A DNA stretch of 64,000 bases, taken from a virus. The stretch lies in IMG/VR virus record IMGVR_UViG_3300025133_000028. The stretch is one strand, 5' to 3'. Made by a program: the position numbers and the translations under genes. The notes below the pieces were generated by a model. It was given only the letters and a program-made list of their open reading frames with translations. It was not told the origin of the DNA and did no database searches. How positions within the stretch are numbered: the stretch's first letter is position 1; each line of letters starts with the position of its first letter. Below are positions 1 to 7,721 of this stretch, piece after piece.

Positions 1-45
1 CACTATTATCGGAAAAATTATTTGCAAATAATCTCAAGAAAACGC

Positions 46-73
46 TTGCAATAGCCGATAAGTAGAGTAGAAT
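46..73 (+). promoter_or_regulatory. early sigma70-type promoter
   Basis: TTGCAA-N16-TAGAAT with GCCGATA in the spacer. Confidence 0.7.
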
Positions 74-235
74 AAGAGTATAGCCGTGGGGGAGGCTGCG
101 CGGATTTATTTGGCTGTGACAGCCGCCGTACCACAGCGAATACTTGAAGGAAAAATATGTATAATAACATGATTCTTCTAGGAAGTCAAGGTAATAATGC
201 GCGGAATTATTTAGGTAATAATCTCAAGATAATGC

Positions 236-263
236 TTGCAATGGCCGATATGTATAGTATACT
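236..263 (+). promoter_or_regulatory. early promoter
   Basis: TTGCAA-N16-TATACT. Confidence 0.75.
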
Positions 264-348
264 GAAAGTAGTCCTTGGGGGAGGCTGCGCTAATATATCT
301 CGCTGTGTACGTCCGTGAATTTGTCACAATGGCGGCAGCTACGGTCCT

Positions 349-431
349 TTAGAATCGTCTGTAAGCTACGTTTAGCTAGTAGGGTATGATAATAGCCGAA
401 ATCTAATAGCTCGCGTTACAAGCGAGCTGAG
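349..431. repeat. 83-bp pseudo-palindromic element, copy 1
   Basis: TTAGAATCGTCTGTAAGC-N47-CGTTACAAGCGAGCTGAG; core AGGGTATGATAATAGCC. Confidence 0.65.
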
Positions 432-523
432 ACCCCTAGAATTGGATGATAGCCGAATTGTGGGGGTAGAATGTTTGGATGAAATCCGAAAACAAAGAAT
501 ATATTTTTTCTTCAAGTTATTCC

Positions 524-551
524 TTGCAATGGTCGATACTTAGGGTAGACT
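524..551 (+). promoter_or_regulatory. early promoter
   Basis: TTGCAA-N16-TAGACT. Confidence 0.7.
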
Positions 552-592
552 ACTAGCAATGAGAAAACGCCACAAAAACAAAGGAAGAAATT

Positions 593-769
593 ATGTCGAA
601 GAAAGATTTTGAAGCTATCGCTAGAACTATGTCGCAAGTTATGCCAGAAAACGAAGATTCTCTTGCATATGGACAATGGGCGCTAACGTGTGCTAGTTTG
701 GCGTTGCGGTTTTCGGCTCGATACCCACGATTTGACGAAGAAAAATTTCTAGCTGCATGCGAACAATAA
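593..769 (+). CDS. small phage early protein (58 aa), missing from ORF track
   Basis: SD AAGGAAG; MSKKDFEAIA...YPRFDEEKFLAACEQ, a pattern common among small phage proteins. Confidence 0.75.
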   Translation: MSKKDFEAIARTMSQVMPENEDSLAYGQWALTCASLALRFSARYPRFDEEKFLAACEQ

Positions 770-839
770 GTCTATACACAGCAACGATTTGTGACGATTT
801 GAGAAAAAATGGAGTATGGTTTTGGCACCGTCTGGATAC

Positions 840-1070
840 AAAAACGCAAAAACGCAACACAAAAACTTCCAAAAATGGAAGAAAAATGACAAAAACGCAA
901 AAACTTTTGCAAAAACTGTCAAAAATGTGTTGATTTTGGCAAAAAGTGTGATAGTTTTTGTGGTTTTGGCTGTTCATAACCTGATTTTGCCCAAAAACGC
1001 CGAACAAAGGAGTATTTGGTATATTGGGTATGTTGGGTATTATAGGCAATAGGGACAAAACTATAAAAAA
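840..1070. repeat. phased A-tracts and 9-nt GGTATNTT tandem units
   Basis: A4-A5 runs at roughly helical spacing; tggtatatt/gggtatgtt/gggtattat at about 1017-1043. Confidence 0.55.
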
Positions 1071-1084
1071 CTCAAGGAATATGC

Positions 1085-1112
1085 TTGTAAATGACGAAAA
1101 CTAGGGTAGGAT
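1085..1112 (+). promoter_or_regulatory. early promoter
   Basis: TTGTAA-N16-TAGGAT. Confidence 0.55.
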
Positions 1113-1400
1113 ATAGGCAACTGACCGTAGGGGAGGCACGATAAATTTAATGTTAAAATAGGTAAGATAGGCAATTGGTAGTCTAGGTAACCTAGGAAAA
1201 CAACCTACCGACTGCGAGAATGTTAAAATGGGTAGTCTACGGGTTATGCATACTTCAAGGAAAATAGATAAACTTGCGGGATTTATCAGGAAAATTCCGC
1301 TTTTATACTTGCTTTCTTCTTTATGTATGGTAGGTGGGGCTATTGGATAGAATAATGGGTTAGCGTATCGGATAGGGTTAGGATATCGCTAAGAACAGCC

Positions 1401-1483
1401 CTAGCATCGATTCTAAGGCGATTTGTAGCGTTTGGGCTGTAATCATAGGGTAACAGAAGAAAACGCGTCACAAGCGAAGCTAG
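1401..1483. repeat. 83-bp pseudo-palindromic element, copy 2
   Basis: CTAGCATCGATTCTAAGG-N47-CGTCACAAGCGAAGCTAG. Confidence 0.7.
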
Positions 1484-1523
1484 GCAGTCAGAAAGAAAAA
1501 TCGGGAAATTTCAAAATAGATTA

Positions 1524-1551
1524 TTGCAATCGGGAAAATGTAGCCGATACT
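1524..1551 (+). promoter_or_regulatory. early promoter
   Basis: TTGCAA-N16-GATACT preceded by TAGCC. Confidence 0.75.
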
Positions 1552-1590
1552 CTTAGCAATGAAGGAAACAACAAACAAAGGAAAAACACA

Positions 1591-1713
1591 ATGCCCGATG
1601 GTAACAAGCGAAAACGCCGACAATACAGCCTAGGCAAACTTGATAAGGCTAGGCAAACTTGGTATGCTTTGCATAGAAGCATTCGATTCAATCGAAGATT
1701 CGGATTAAACTAA
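1591..1713 (+). CDS. small basic hypothetical protein
   Basis: SD AAGGA then ATG at 1591, downstream of promoter 1524. Confidence 0.5.
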   Translation: MPDGNKRKRRQYSLGKLDKARQTWYALHRSIRFNRRFGLN

Positions 1714-1724
1714 AGGAAGCAAAA

Positions 1725-1952
1725 ATGTCACCTAAAAAACAATGGCGAGATAGTGTAAGAAGTTGGGCACATCTTATCGAGTTGTCACGGAACGATATGA
1801 AATTCTGGTTTGGTATGAGGCACGAAGATTCTCGTAGTTTTTCGTACTCAGAATGCCGACAGCGATTCTATCGTGCGAAAAAATCGCTCAAACTTAGCAA
1901 AAAACGATTGGAAATTGCCACAACAAAATACTTGGCAAAATACAAAAGTTAG
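1725..1952 (+). CDS. hypothetical early protein
   Basis: SD AAGGAAG, 75 aa. Confidence 0.65.
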   Translation: MSPKKQWRDSVRSWAHLIELSRNDMKFWFGMRHEDSRSFSYSECRQRFYRAKKSLKLSKKRLEIATTKYLAKYKS

Positions 1953-1955
1953 TTG

Positions 1956-1983
1956 TTGACATAGGCACAGACTAGGCTAGAAT
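1956..1983 (+). promoter_or_regulatory. early promoter
   Basis: TTGACA-N16-TAGAAT. Confidence 0.8.
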
Positions 1984-2017
1984 TTAGGTAGTTACAAAAC
2001 ATTAACAAGGCGAGAAA

Positions 2018-2191
2018 ATGAAAAACGCGACACCCTACACAATCACGCTATGTGGTATCAATTTTGACCCTACTGCCTTCACTAGTGCTGCTCAGTTTGG
2101 GCGGTTTGTTTGGGGAGTAATTTTTGCAGAAACTGAGAACGAAGAATGGGCAAACGATAGCGAATTTAAGGCTATGCGAGAATTTTCCTAA
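2018..2191 (+). CDS. hypothetical early protein (57 aa), missing from ORF track
   Basis: MKNATPYTITLCG...KAMREFS lies between two promoters. Confidence 0.6.
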   Translation: MKNATPYTITLCGINFDPTAFTSAAQFGRFVWGVIFAETENEEWANDSEFKAMREFS

Positions 2192-2199
2192 AAAGGTTG

Positions 2200-2227
2200 T
2201 TGACATAGGCAAAAAGTAGCCGATACT
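2200..2227 (+). promoter_or_regulatory. early promoter
   Basis: TTGACA-N16-GATACT; identical to the copy at 4644. Confidence 0.8.
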
Positions 2228-2251
2228 AGAAGCAAAACAAAGGAAGCAAAA

Positions 2252-2551
2252 ATGTTTTATCGACACCAATATTTGACTGGCGAAGCAAGCCATTTTCAAT
2301 ATTACGCACAATTCGCTAGTGAATACGTGAAGCAAGTAGTGGAAATGGTGATTGGTCAAGACAGAATCAGCAAATCAAGAGACGAACATCTAAACGATAT
2401 TCCGCTAGAAATATGGGATAGAATCGGCAGAATTATCTTGACATCTAAACTAGATGCGAAAATGCGAAGTCTAGGAGATTATCCTACGCTAGCCGGATTG
2501 GTTTGTATCGCAAAAAATGCAGCAAAACAACTTGACATAAGAAAAAACTAG
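2252..2551 (+). CDS. hypothetical early protein
   Basis: SD AAGGAAG, 99 aa. Confidence 0.75.
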   Translation: MFYRHQYLTGEASHFQYYAQFASEYVKQVVEMVIGQDRISKSRDEHLNDIPLEIWDRIGRIILTSKLDAKMRSLGDYPTLAGLVCIAKNAAKQLDIRKN

Positions 2552-2559
2552 TATAAGAT
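2532..2559 (+). promoter_or_regulatory. promoter for the permuted tRNA-like RNA
   Basis: TTGACA-N16-TAAGAT. Confidence 0.65.
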
Positions 2560-2689
2560 TATAAAATAGCTGGAGATTTCGGTTCAAATCCGATAGGTTT
2601 CTTCGGGAAATCACCTAGTAGCTAGGGTGTCGCGACATCACGCGATTTAGTTTAATCGGCAAAACACCAGCTATTCTATAATTTTATAC
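2551..2689 (+). ncRNA. circularly permuted tRNA-like RNA (YrlA/Y-RNA topology)
   Basis: 5'-3' order: GCTGG, T arm TCGG-TTCAAAT-CCGA, loop-closed acceptor GTCGCG-ACATCA-CGCGAT, D arm TAGTTT-AATCGGC-AAAAC, CCAGC; closing helix up to 23 bp. Confidence 0.75.
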
Positions 2690-2717
2690 TTGACAAACCC
2701 AAAAAGGAAGTTAAGAT
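2690..2717 (+). promoter_or_regulatory. early promoter
   Basis: TTGACA-N16-TAAGAT. Confidence 0.6.
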
Positions 2718-2882
2718 GGACTATCGCAAATATCGTGCCAATCGGCCAAAAACGTCAACCAAACCGAAAATATCGCAAATATCGCATAAATCTCAATTTG
2801 AAACGATTCGGATTGTACGCCAAACAATAGACGAAGAAGAAGAATCAATTGTGCGATATCAGGTTATCGGTAGATAATAGCT

Positions 2883-2965
2883 CTAGAATCAACGCTAACG
2901 AACTAAAAGCAGACTAGGCTAGGATTATACCCAAACCAGCAAAAGGACGTTAGAAGCGAAGCTAG
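2883..2965. repeat. 83-bp pseudo-palindromic element, copy 3
   Basis: CTAGAATCAACGCTAACG-N47-CGTTAGAAGCGAAGCTAG; core TAGGCTAGGATTATACCC. Confidence 0.7.
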
Positions 2966-3004
2966 ACAGCTAGAAACTAAACGATAAAATTCTCAAAAAG
3001 GTTG

Positions 3005-3118
3005 TTGCAATCATGAAAAATTAGCCGATAATACTTGTATTGAGAGAATGACAGCGACAAACGGAAAACAAAAACTTTCCAAAAAACTGTTTGACAATCA
3101 AAACAAGTAGGCTAGAAT
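3005..3118 (+). promoter_or_regulatory. tandem early promoters upstream of ardC
   Basis: TTGCAA-N16-GATAAT (3005) and TTGACA-N16-TAGAAT (3091). Confidence 0.75.
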
Positions 3119-3163
3119 GTAAGAGTAAAGCAAACGGAAACCACTACTAAAGGAAGCGAATCT

Positions 3164-4189
3164 ATGAACAAGAAGCAACGATTCTCAGTGTACAAAATGA
3201 TTCAAGACGAATTAGTCGCGAAGCTAGAGGCTGGCGTGAATCCATGGAAGAAACCATGGAAAGGAGGAAGTGCTGGCTGGCCGAAAAACGTAATTAGCAA
3301 TAAGCGATATCGTGGAATTAACGTTATGCTTTTAGCTATGCAAGGCCATGATTCGCCAAATTGGTTGACAGCAAACCAAGCGGCTAAGCTATGTGAGACA
3401 TACGCAGCACAAGCAGAACGAAAACTAGACAAATCGTGCAAACTCTCTGAAATTTTTGTTCGGTCTGCCAAAAAAGGTAAGAAAGATTTCTATAAGGCCG
3501 TTGCCAAAGGCGAAAAATCAACGGTTGTTGTTTTCTACAATTTCAAGGACGTAGAACAAAAAGACGGTTCTACCAAATCTCAATATATGGGAATGCGATA
3601 CTACCGAGTCTTCAACGTTGCACAACTAGCCCCACAATTGCAGGACGAATTGAAAAAACGCGGCAAGTTTGGTGTTGACACTAGCAAAAACGATGATAAG
3701 CTAGACTTTAGTCCTATCGAAGAATGCGAAGCAATCATCGACGGGTACGAAGACAAACCAGAAATCAAGCACGACAAACCACAAGCATACTATAGCCCCA
3801 GCATAGACTATATCAACATGCCCAAAAAGGAGACGTTTGAATCCGAAGAAGGTTATTATGCTACCCTGTTTCATGAGGCTATCCATAGCACGGGACATAC
3901 CAGCCGACTAGATAGGCTAGACCTAACGACATTTGGAAGCGAAAAATACAGCAAGGAGGAGCTAGTTGCCGAATTCGGTTCGGCTATGTTATGCGGAATT
4001 GCTGGAATTGAAAATGCTACGCTAGACAACTCTGCAAGCTACTTGTCAAGTTGGGCTAGTAAGCTAAAAGAAGAAGATTCGGAAAAATGGGTAATACAAG
4101 CTTGCCAAGCGGCGCAGAAAGCTTGTGACCACATCTTGCCGAAGGTAGAAGAGCCTAGCGAAGAAGTAGTAGCTACAGCAACAGCCTAG
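3164..4189 (+). CDS. ardC: ArdC-family antirestriction / ssDNA-binding protein with zincin-like domain
   Basis: PWKKPW, YRGIN, KGEKS, VFNVAQ, YYATLFHEAIHSTGH, YSKEELVAE motifs. Confidence 0.92.
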   Translation: MNKKQRFSVYKMIQDELVAKLEAGVNPWKKPWKGGSAGWPKNVISNKRYRGINVMLLAMQGHDSPNWLTANQAAKLCETYAAQAERKLDKSCKLSEIFVRSAKKGKKDFYKAVAKGEKSTVVVFYNFKDVEQKDGSTKSQYMGMRYYRVFNVAQLAPQLQDELKKRGKFGVDTSKNDDKLDFSPIEECEAIIDGYEDKPEIKHDKPQAYYSPSIDYINMPKKETFESEEGYYATLFHEAIHSTGHTSRLDRLDLTTFGSEKYSKEELVAEFGSAMLCGIAGIENATLDNSASYLSSWASKLKEEDSEKWVIQACQAAQKACDHILPKVEEPSEEVVATATA

Positions 4190-4272
4190 CAGAAATCGAT
4201 TCTGACGCACGCTTACCCAACTAGGGTAGGATTCTATCATAATCTCATATAGTGCGTCAGAATCGACGCTAG
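4190..4272. repeat. 83-bp pseudo-palindromic element, copy 4
   Basis: perfect 15-bp inverted repeat TCGATTCTGACGCAC (4196-4210 / 4252-4266); core TAGGGTAGGATTCTATC. Confidence 0.75.
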
Positions 4273-4302
4273 AGGCTGAGAACAACAGCAAGGAAAAACA
4301 GA

Positions 4303-4647
4303 ATGCTCTACCACATCGAAGTAAAATGGCCGAAAAAAATCAAAAATAGCTTGCCATTTGGAAATAGGAAGCTAGAATATAGTCGTCACGCCAAGCAAGA
4401 AGCTAGGCAGGATAGATACGGCAACGTAATCTTGCCAGATTCGGTTGATATGGCAAACTGTAGCGTTTTTGAAGCAGAATGGAATGGTAAGCTAGTCAAG
4501 ATAGCTATGCGAGTAAAGCTAGACGAGAAGCGAGATTTGGTGATTGTCGGCATTCCCCAAATGGGCGGGCTGTTTGTGAAAACGGTTTGGATTAACCTAC
4601 GCAACGACAGCCACAAAACATTAAACAAAAACAAATATTGTAGTTGA
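4303..4647 (+). CDS. hypothetical protein, possible BECR/RelE-like RNase fold
   Basis: YSRHAK near the N-terminus and VKTVW near the C-terminus resemble DUF4258-type RNases; function is inference. Confidence 0.6.
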   Translation: MLYHIEVKWPKKIKNSLPFGNRKLEYSRHAKQEARQDRYGNVILPDSVDMANCSVFEAEWNGKLVKIAMRVKLDEKRDLVIVGIPQMGGLFVKTVWINLRNDSHKTLNKNKYCS

Positions 4648-4671
4648 CATAGGCAAAAAGTAGCCGATACT
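4644..4671 (+). promoter_or_regulatory. early promoter
   Basis: TTGACA-N16-GATACT. Confidence 0.8.
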
Positions 4672-4704
4672 AGAAGCATAAGAAACAACACAAAAGGAGA
4701 AACA

Positions 4705-4953
4705 ATGCGAACCAATCCTCAAGAAGGTTATTCGGCACAAGACAGACGAGATTACCTAGGACAATCAGAACAGAACGGATTCTCTAGTACGGTGCAAGCT
4801 ACAAGCGCGGGTTTGGGCGGATTTCGGGCTACTGTGGTTTGTGATGGTATCAATTTTGAGTCTAAATTTTTTCCAGTTGAAAACAGGGGAGCGATTTGGA
4901 TTGATAAAGCATACGCAGAAATGAAGCAATGGTTAGGAGAATTTGGACTATGA
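4705..4953 (+). CDS. hypothetical early protein
   Basis: SD AAGGAG. Confidence 0.75.
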   Translation: MRTNPQEGYSAQDRRDYLGQSEQNGFSSTVQATSAGLGGFRATVVCDGINFESKFFPVENRGAIWIDKAYAEMKQWLGEFGL

Positions 4954-5141
4954 ATAAATATCGATGGCCAGAATATAATTATGTTAGCCTACGAGAAGAC
5001 GGGAAATATATGGCGGAAGTACAAAATAGGCTAGGCATAGGAGCTAGGTTGATTTTTAAGACTAGCGAAAAAGCTAGAAAATGGGCAGAAAAAACCGCGA
5101 AAAAGCTTGACATTACAATTAGTTGTAATATGTACATCTAG
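4950..5141 (+). CDS. hypothetical early protein
   Basis: ATGA overlap with upstream gene, SD AGGAG. Confidence 0.6.
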   Translation: MNKYRWPEYNYVSLREDGKYMAEVQNRLGIGARLIFKTSEKARKWAEKTAKKLDITISCNMYI

Positions 5142-5155
5142 GAAAGATAGGCAAA

Positions 5156-5455
5156 ATGAGCAAAACAACCACAAATGGCAAAGTAGGCAATTTGAGTATT
5201 CTGGCGATTAGTGGCAAACTAGACAATTTGGATAAAATCCTAGAATCCATCGCTAGAAATCTAATCACAATCGGCAACGGAAAACTAGGCAAAACGCAGA
5301 AGATAGCCTTAGAACGTGCTATAGACAGCCTCAATGCTACAATATCGCCACTAAGCGAGCTAGAAGAGGCTGTAACGCTAGAAATCGATTCACACTTAGA
5401 AGGAATGGCAAAACCAGAAAAAGACGTAGAGACGGCAGCTAGGGCGGTTTGTTGA
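5156..5455 (+). CDS. doubtful low-complexity ORF
   Basis: 99 aa over 9-nt GGCAAA-type periodic DNA; may be non-coding. Confidence 0.35.
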   Translation: MSKTTTNGKVGNLSILAISGKLDNLDKILESIARNLITIGNGKLGKTQKIALERAIDSLNATISPLSELEEAVTLEIDSHLEGMAKPEKDVETAARAVC

Positions 5456-5491
5456 GACATAAGAAAAACTCACAATCTCAAAAAATAACTG

Positions 5492-5519
5492 TTGCAATCG
5501 CTCAAAACTAGCCGATACT
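5492..5519 (+). promoter_or_regulatory. early promoter
   Basis: TTGCAA-N16-GATACT. Confidence 0.75.
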
Positions 5520-5558
5520 TAAGACATAAGAGAAACGAAAAACAAACAGGAGCAAACA

Positions 5559-5843
5559 ATGGACTATCGCATAACATCGAAAGAATGTCGTGAAGCATGG
5601 TTTGAATATAAAAAAACCAATCCTAACGCAAAAGTAGTTTCGTTCGTTGCTGGTTGGAATGCTAAAGAAGGAGAACCGATGGAATTCAAAAACGCAAAAG
5701 AATCATTTGAAAAAGCAATTAGGTCTGGCCGATTGTCAGAAAATGAGAATGCAACAAATTACGCGGGTTTGTATATGTATATGGGACATAGCAACAGCGT
5801 AGCATTGTTCAAAAACATTGAAACGAGAAAATATCTAAAATAA
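5559..5843 (+). CDS. hypothetical protein with internal in-frame start at 5679
   Basis: SD AGGAG; second AAGGAG-ATG in frame. Confidence 0.7.
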   Translation: MDYRITSKECREAWFEYKKTNPNAKVVSFVAGWNAKEGEPMEFKNAKESFEKAIRSGRLSENENATNYAGLYMYMGHSNSVALFKNIETRKYLK

Positions 5844-5846
5844 CTG

Positions 5847-5874
5847 TTGACAAACGCCAAAACTAGACGATACT
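5847..5874 (+). promoter_or_regulatory. early promoter
   Basis: TTGACA-N16-GATACT. Confidence 0.75.
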
Positions 5875-5934
5875 AGAAACATAAGACAGCGGATAACAAA
5901 AAGGAGAGAAAAACCGATGGGCTACTAAAGGGAA

Positions 5935-6002
5935 ATTGAACCATACGGATAGGTGTATGGTGTATCCTAAAATCCTATCAGGATAGATAACGAAAACTCA
6001 AT
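5935..6002 (+). ncRNA. putative three-way-junction RNA with complementary loops
   Basis: ATTGA/TCAAT, ACCATAC/GTATGGT and TATCCT/AGGATA stems; loops contain GATAGG and CCTATC. Confidence 0.5.
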
Positions 6003-6015
6003 CAAGGAAAAAGTA

Positions 6016-6183
6016 ATGAACACTTTAGAAGATTTGCGAGAATGTTTGCAAGACGACATAATTTGCTGTATCGAATCTAACAATGAAATTGTACAAAGAT
6101 ATCCGCAATTGCTAGATTCGTTGTGCCAGATTGTAGTTGATAGAGTTAACGCATACCAAAAGGAAAATCAATGCCACAAGTAG
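6016..6183 (+). CDS. hypothetical protein (55 aa), missing from ORF track
   Basis: SD AAGGA; MNTLEDLRECLQDD... Confidence 0.6.
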   Translation: MNTLEDLRECLQDDIICCIESNNEIVQRYPQLLDSLCQIVVDRVNAYQKENQCHK

Positions 6184-6428
6184 AAGTAAAAATCGTGTTG
6201 TTTGACGGTTGTGCAGAACGTGACACAACTGGCAAAAAAACTGGAAACTGGAGCCGAATTGCTGATGTATATGTAAAATCTGGCGACAAACCAGAAAAAC
6301 GGGTTTACTGTGGAAATGGGCATTTTGGGTTTGATAGGGAATTTAAGGCGACAAACGAAGCTGTGGCTGCCATTATGGCACTCAATGTCAAAATGGCAGG
6401 CAGGGACGAATTTCTAGAAAACGTTTGA
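6171..6428 (+). CDS. hypothetical protein
   Basis: SD AAGGA, 85 aa. Confidence 0.7.
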   Translation: MPQVEVKIVLFDGCAERDTTGKKTGNWSRIADVYVKSGDKPEKRVYCGNGHFGFDREFKATNEAVAAIMALNVKMAGRDEFLENV

Positions 6429-6452
6429 CAAACGCCAAAAGTCTGTCATACT
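6425..6452 (+). promoter_or_regulatory. early promoter
   Basis: TTGACA-N16-CATACT. Confidence 0.7.
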
Positions 6453-6496
6453 ACTAGAGTGAAGCAAACGAAACCACTACTAAGGGAAGCGAAACA

Positions 6497-7039
6497 ATGG
6501 GACGCAAAGCAAAAATCGACAATCGCAAGCAACTAGACTTGGCTATCAGCGAAGAGCTAGGACCAGCTAAGAAGAGCGGAATTGGCAAAACCGAATTCTA
6601 TGGATTAGTCGCGAAAAATTACGGACAACGAGTTGACGGCAACGAAAACTATGTTAGCATTGGTTGGGTACAGCAAGCAATCAAACGGCACAAACTGACT
6701 ATTGATATTGAGTCTCAAAAAGGTATGCATACCCAAACTGGCGAACATGCCGAGAAAATGCGACAAGCTAGAGGCAAGCGAACTAGTCGCGCTGAAAAAT
6801 TTGCAGCAAATCCCGCAATTGTAGAGGCTCACAAAAACTTGCGGCAAACCTTCCCTACCAAACAAAAAGTAGTTGACAAAATTGTAAACGATGGTAGCCT
6901 AAAGGCGGCAGTAGCCCTAAAATGTTGGGATTGTTCAGGTGGGCTATCGTCGGAAGTATCTAGCTGTGTACTGAACAACTGTCCACTATGGGCATTTCGA
7001 CCAAACGCAGAGAAATCCGAATTGGTAGAAATCAAGTAA
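6497..7039 (+). CDS. hypothetical protein with C-terminal Cys-rich (probable Zn) domain
   Basis: KCWDCSGG..EV..C....CPLWAFRP. Confidence 0.75.
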   Translation: MGRKAKIDNRKQLDLAISEELGPAKKSGIGKTEFYGLVAKNYGQRVDGNENYVSIGWVQQAIKRHKLTIDIESQKGMHTQTGEHAEKMRQARGKRTSRAEKFAANPAIVEAHKNLRQTFPTKQKVVDKIVNDGSLKAAVALKCWDCSGGLSSEVSSCVLNNCPLWAFRPNAEKSELVEIK

Positions 7040-7083
7040 AATCGTGAGTATATTATTTTTCTTTAAGTATATGGAGTTAGAGT

Positions 7084-7374
7084 ATGTCAAGCACAATCTT
7101 TGAAAAATCTGTAGAATCTTTGCGGCGGTTTGTTTGGGCTAGGAAACTGGCAGGGAATCCAGTATCTAAAAGCGAGCTAGTAGAAATTCCTAGTTCAGTT
7201 GTCAATGCGGCAGACATCGTGTCTACGACAACTGGAACCAGCGTATCGGGCTATCGGTCTAACAAACCCACTAACGAAATCCCTACTTGGACAATGGATA
7301 ATATGGATAGAGGAGGCAAGTTGGCAAGTCTAGCTAAAAACTATCAACTATGGCAAAGCGAACTAGCCGGATAG
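7084..7374 (+). CDS. hypothetical protein
   Basis: SD GGAG, 96 aa. Confidence 0.7.
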   Translation: MSSTIFEKSVESLRRFVWARKLAGNPVSKSELVEIPSSVVNAADIVSTTTGTSVSGYRSNKPTNEIPTWTMDNMDRGGKLASLAKNYQLWQSELAG

Positions 7375-7450
7375 TCTATAAAGAGCACAGGTGAAGTACG
7401 GATTCCAGGTTTCGATTCTAACAAACGATTTCAGAAAAAGGTACAAAACT

Positions 7451-7693
7451 ATGGCAACGGCAACACAACGCGCTAAACGGCAAATCTCGCGGTCTCACGG
7501 GCATCTAGTAGTAGTGGGCACAAGCAAAACCGGATTCCGACTAGCGGGAGCAACGTATGGGAAGACTGTTAGTTTTGGTAAGCTGCACAAACGACAAAAG
7601 GACGCTAAGCAAAGCGGTCTAGCTAAGTTTGGCAAGACAGCAAAGGCTAAAAAAATGGTTGAAAAAGATTTAGAATTGTTGTTGCAATCATGA
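7451..7693 (+). CDS. basic hypothetical protein
   Basis: ATG at 7451 after AAAGGT; K/R-rich. Confidence 0.65.
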   Translation: MATATQRAKRQISRSHGHLVVVGTSKTGFRLAGATYGKTVSFGKLHKRQKDAKQSGLAKFGKTAKAKKMVEKDLELLLQS

Positions 7694-7709
7694 AAAACTA
7701 GCCGATACT
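7682..7709 (+). promoter_or_regulatory. early promoter
   Basis: TTGCAA-N16-GATACT. Confidence 0.75.
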
Positions 7710-7721
7710 TACTTACGTAAG

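Larger units (their letters stand above)
29..290 (+). repeat. imperfect direct repeat of about 75 bp, 190 bp apart (promoter plus GGGGGAGGCTGCGC hairpin)
   Basis: taatctcaag..gcttgcaat.gccgata.gta.agta and ggggaggctgcgc occur at 29-101 and 219-290; partial third copy near 1073-1138. Confidence 0.75.

Noticed and set aside
5107-5134. TTGACA as an additional early promoter
   Set aside because: No convincing -10 at 16-17 bp
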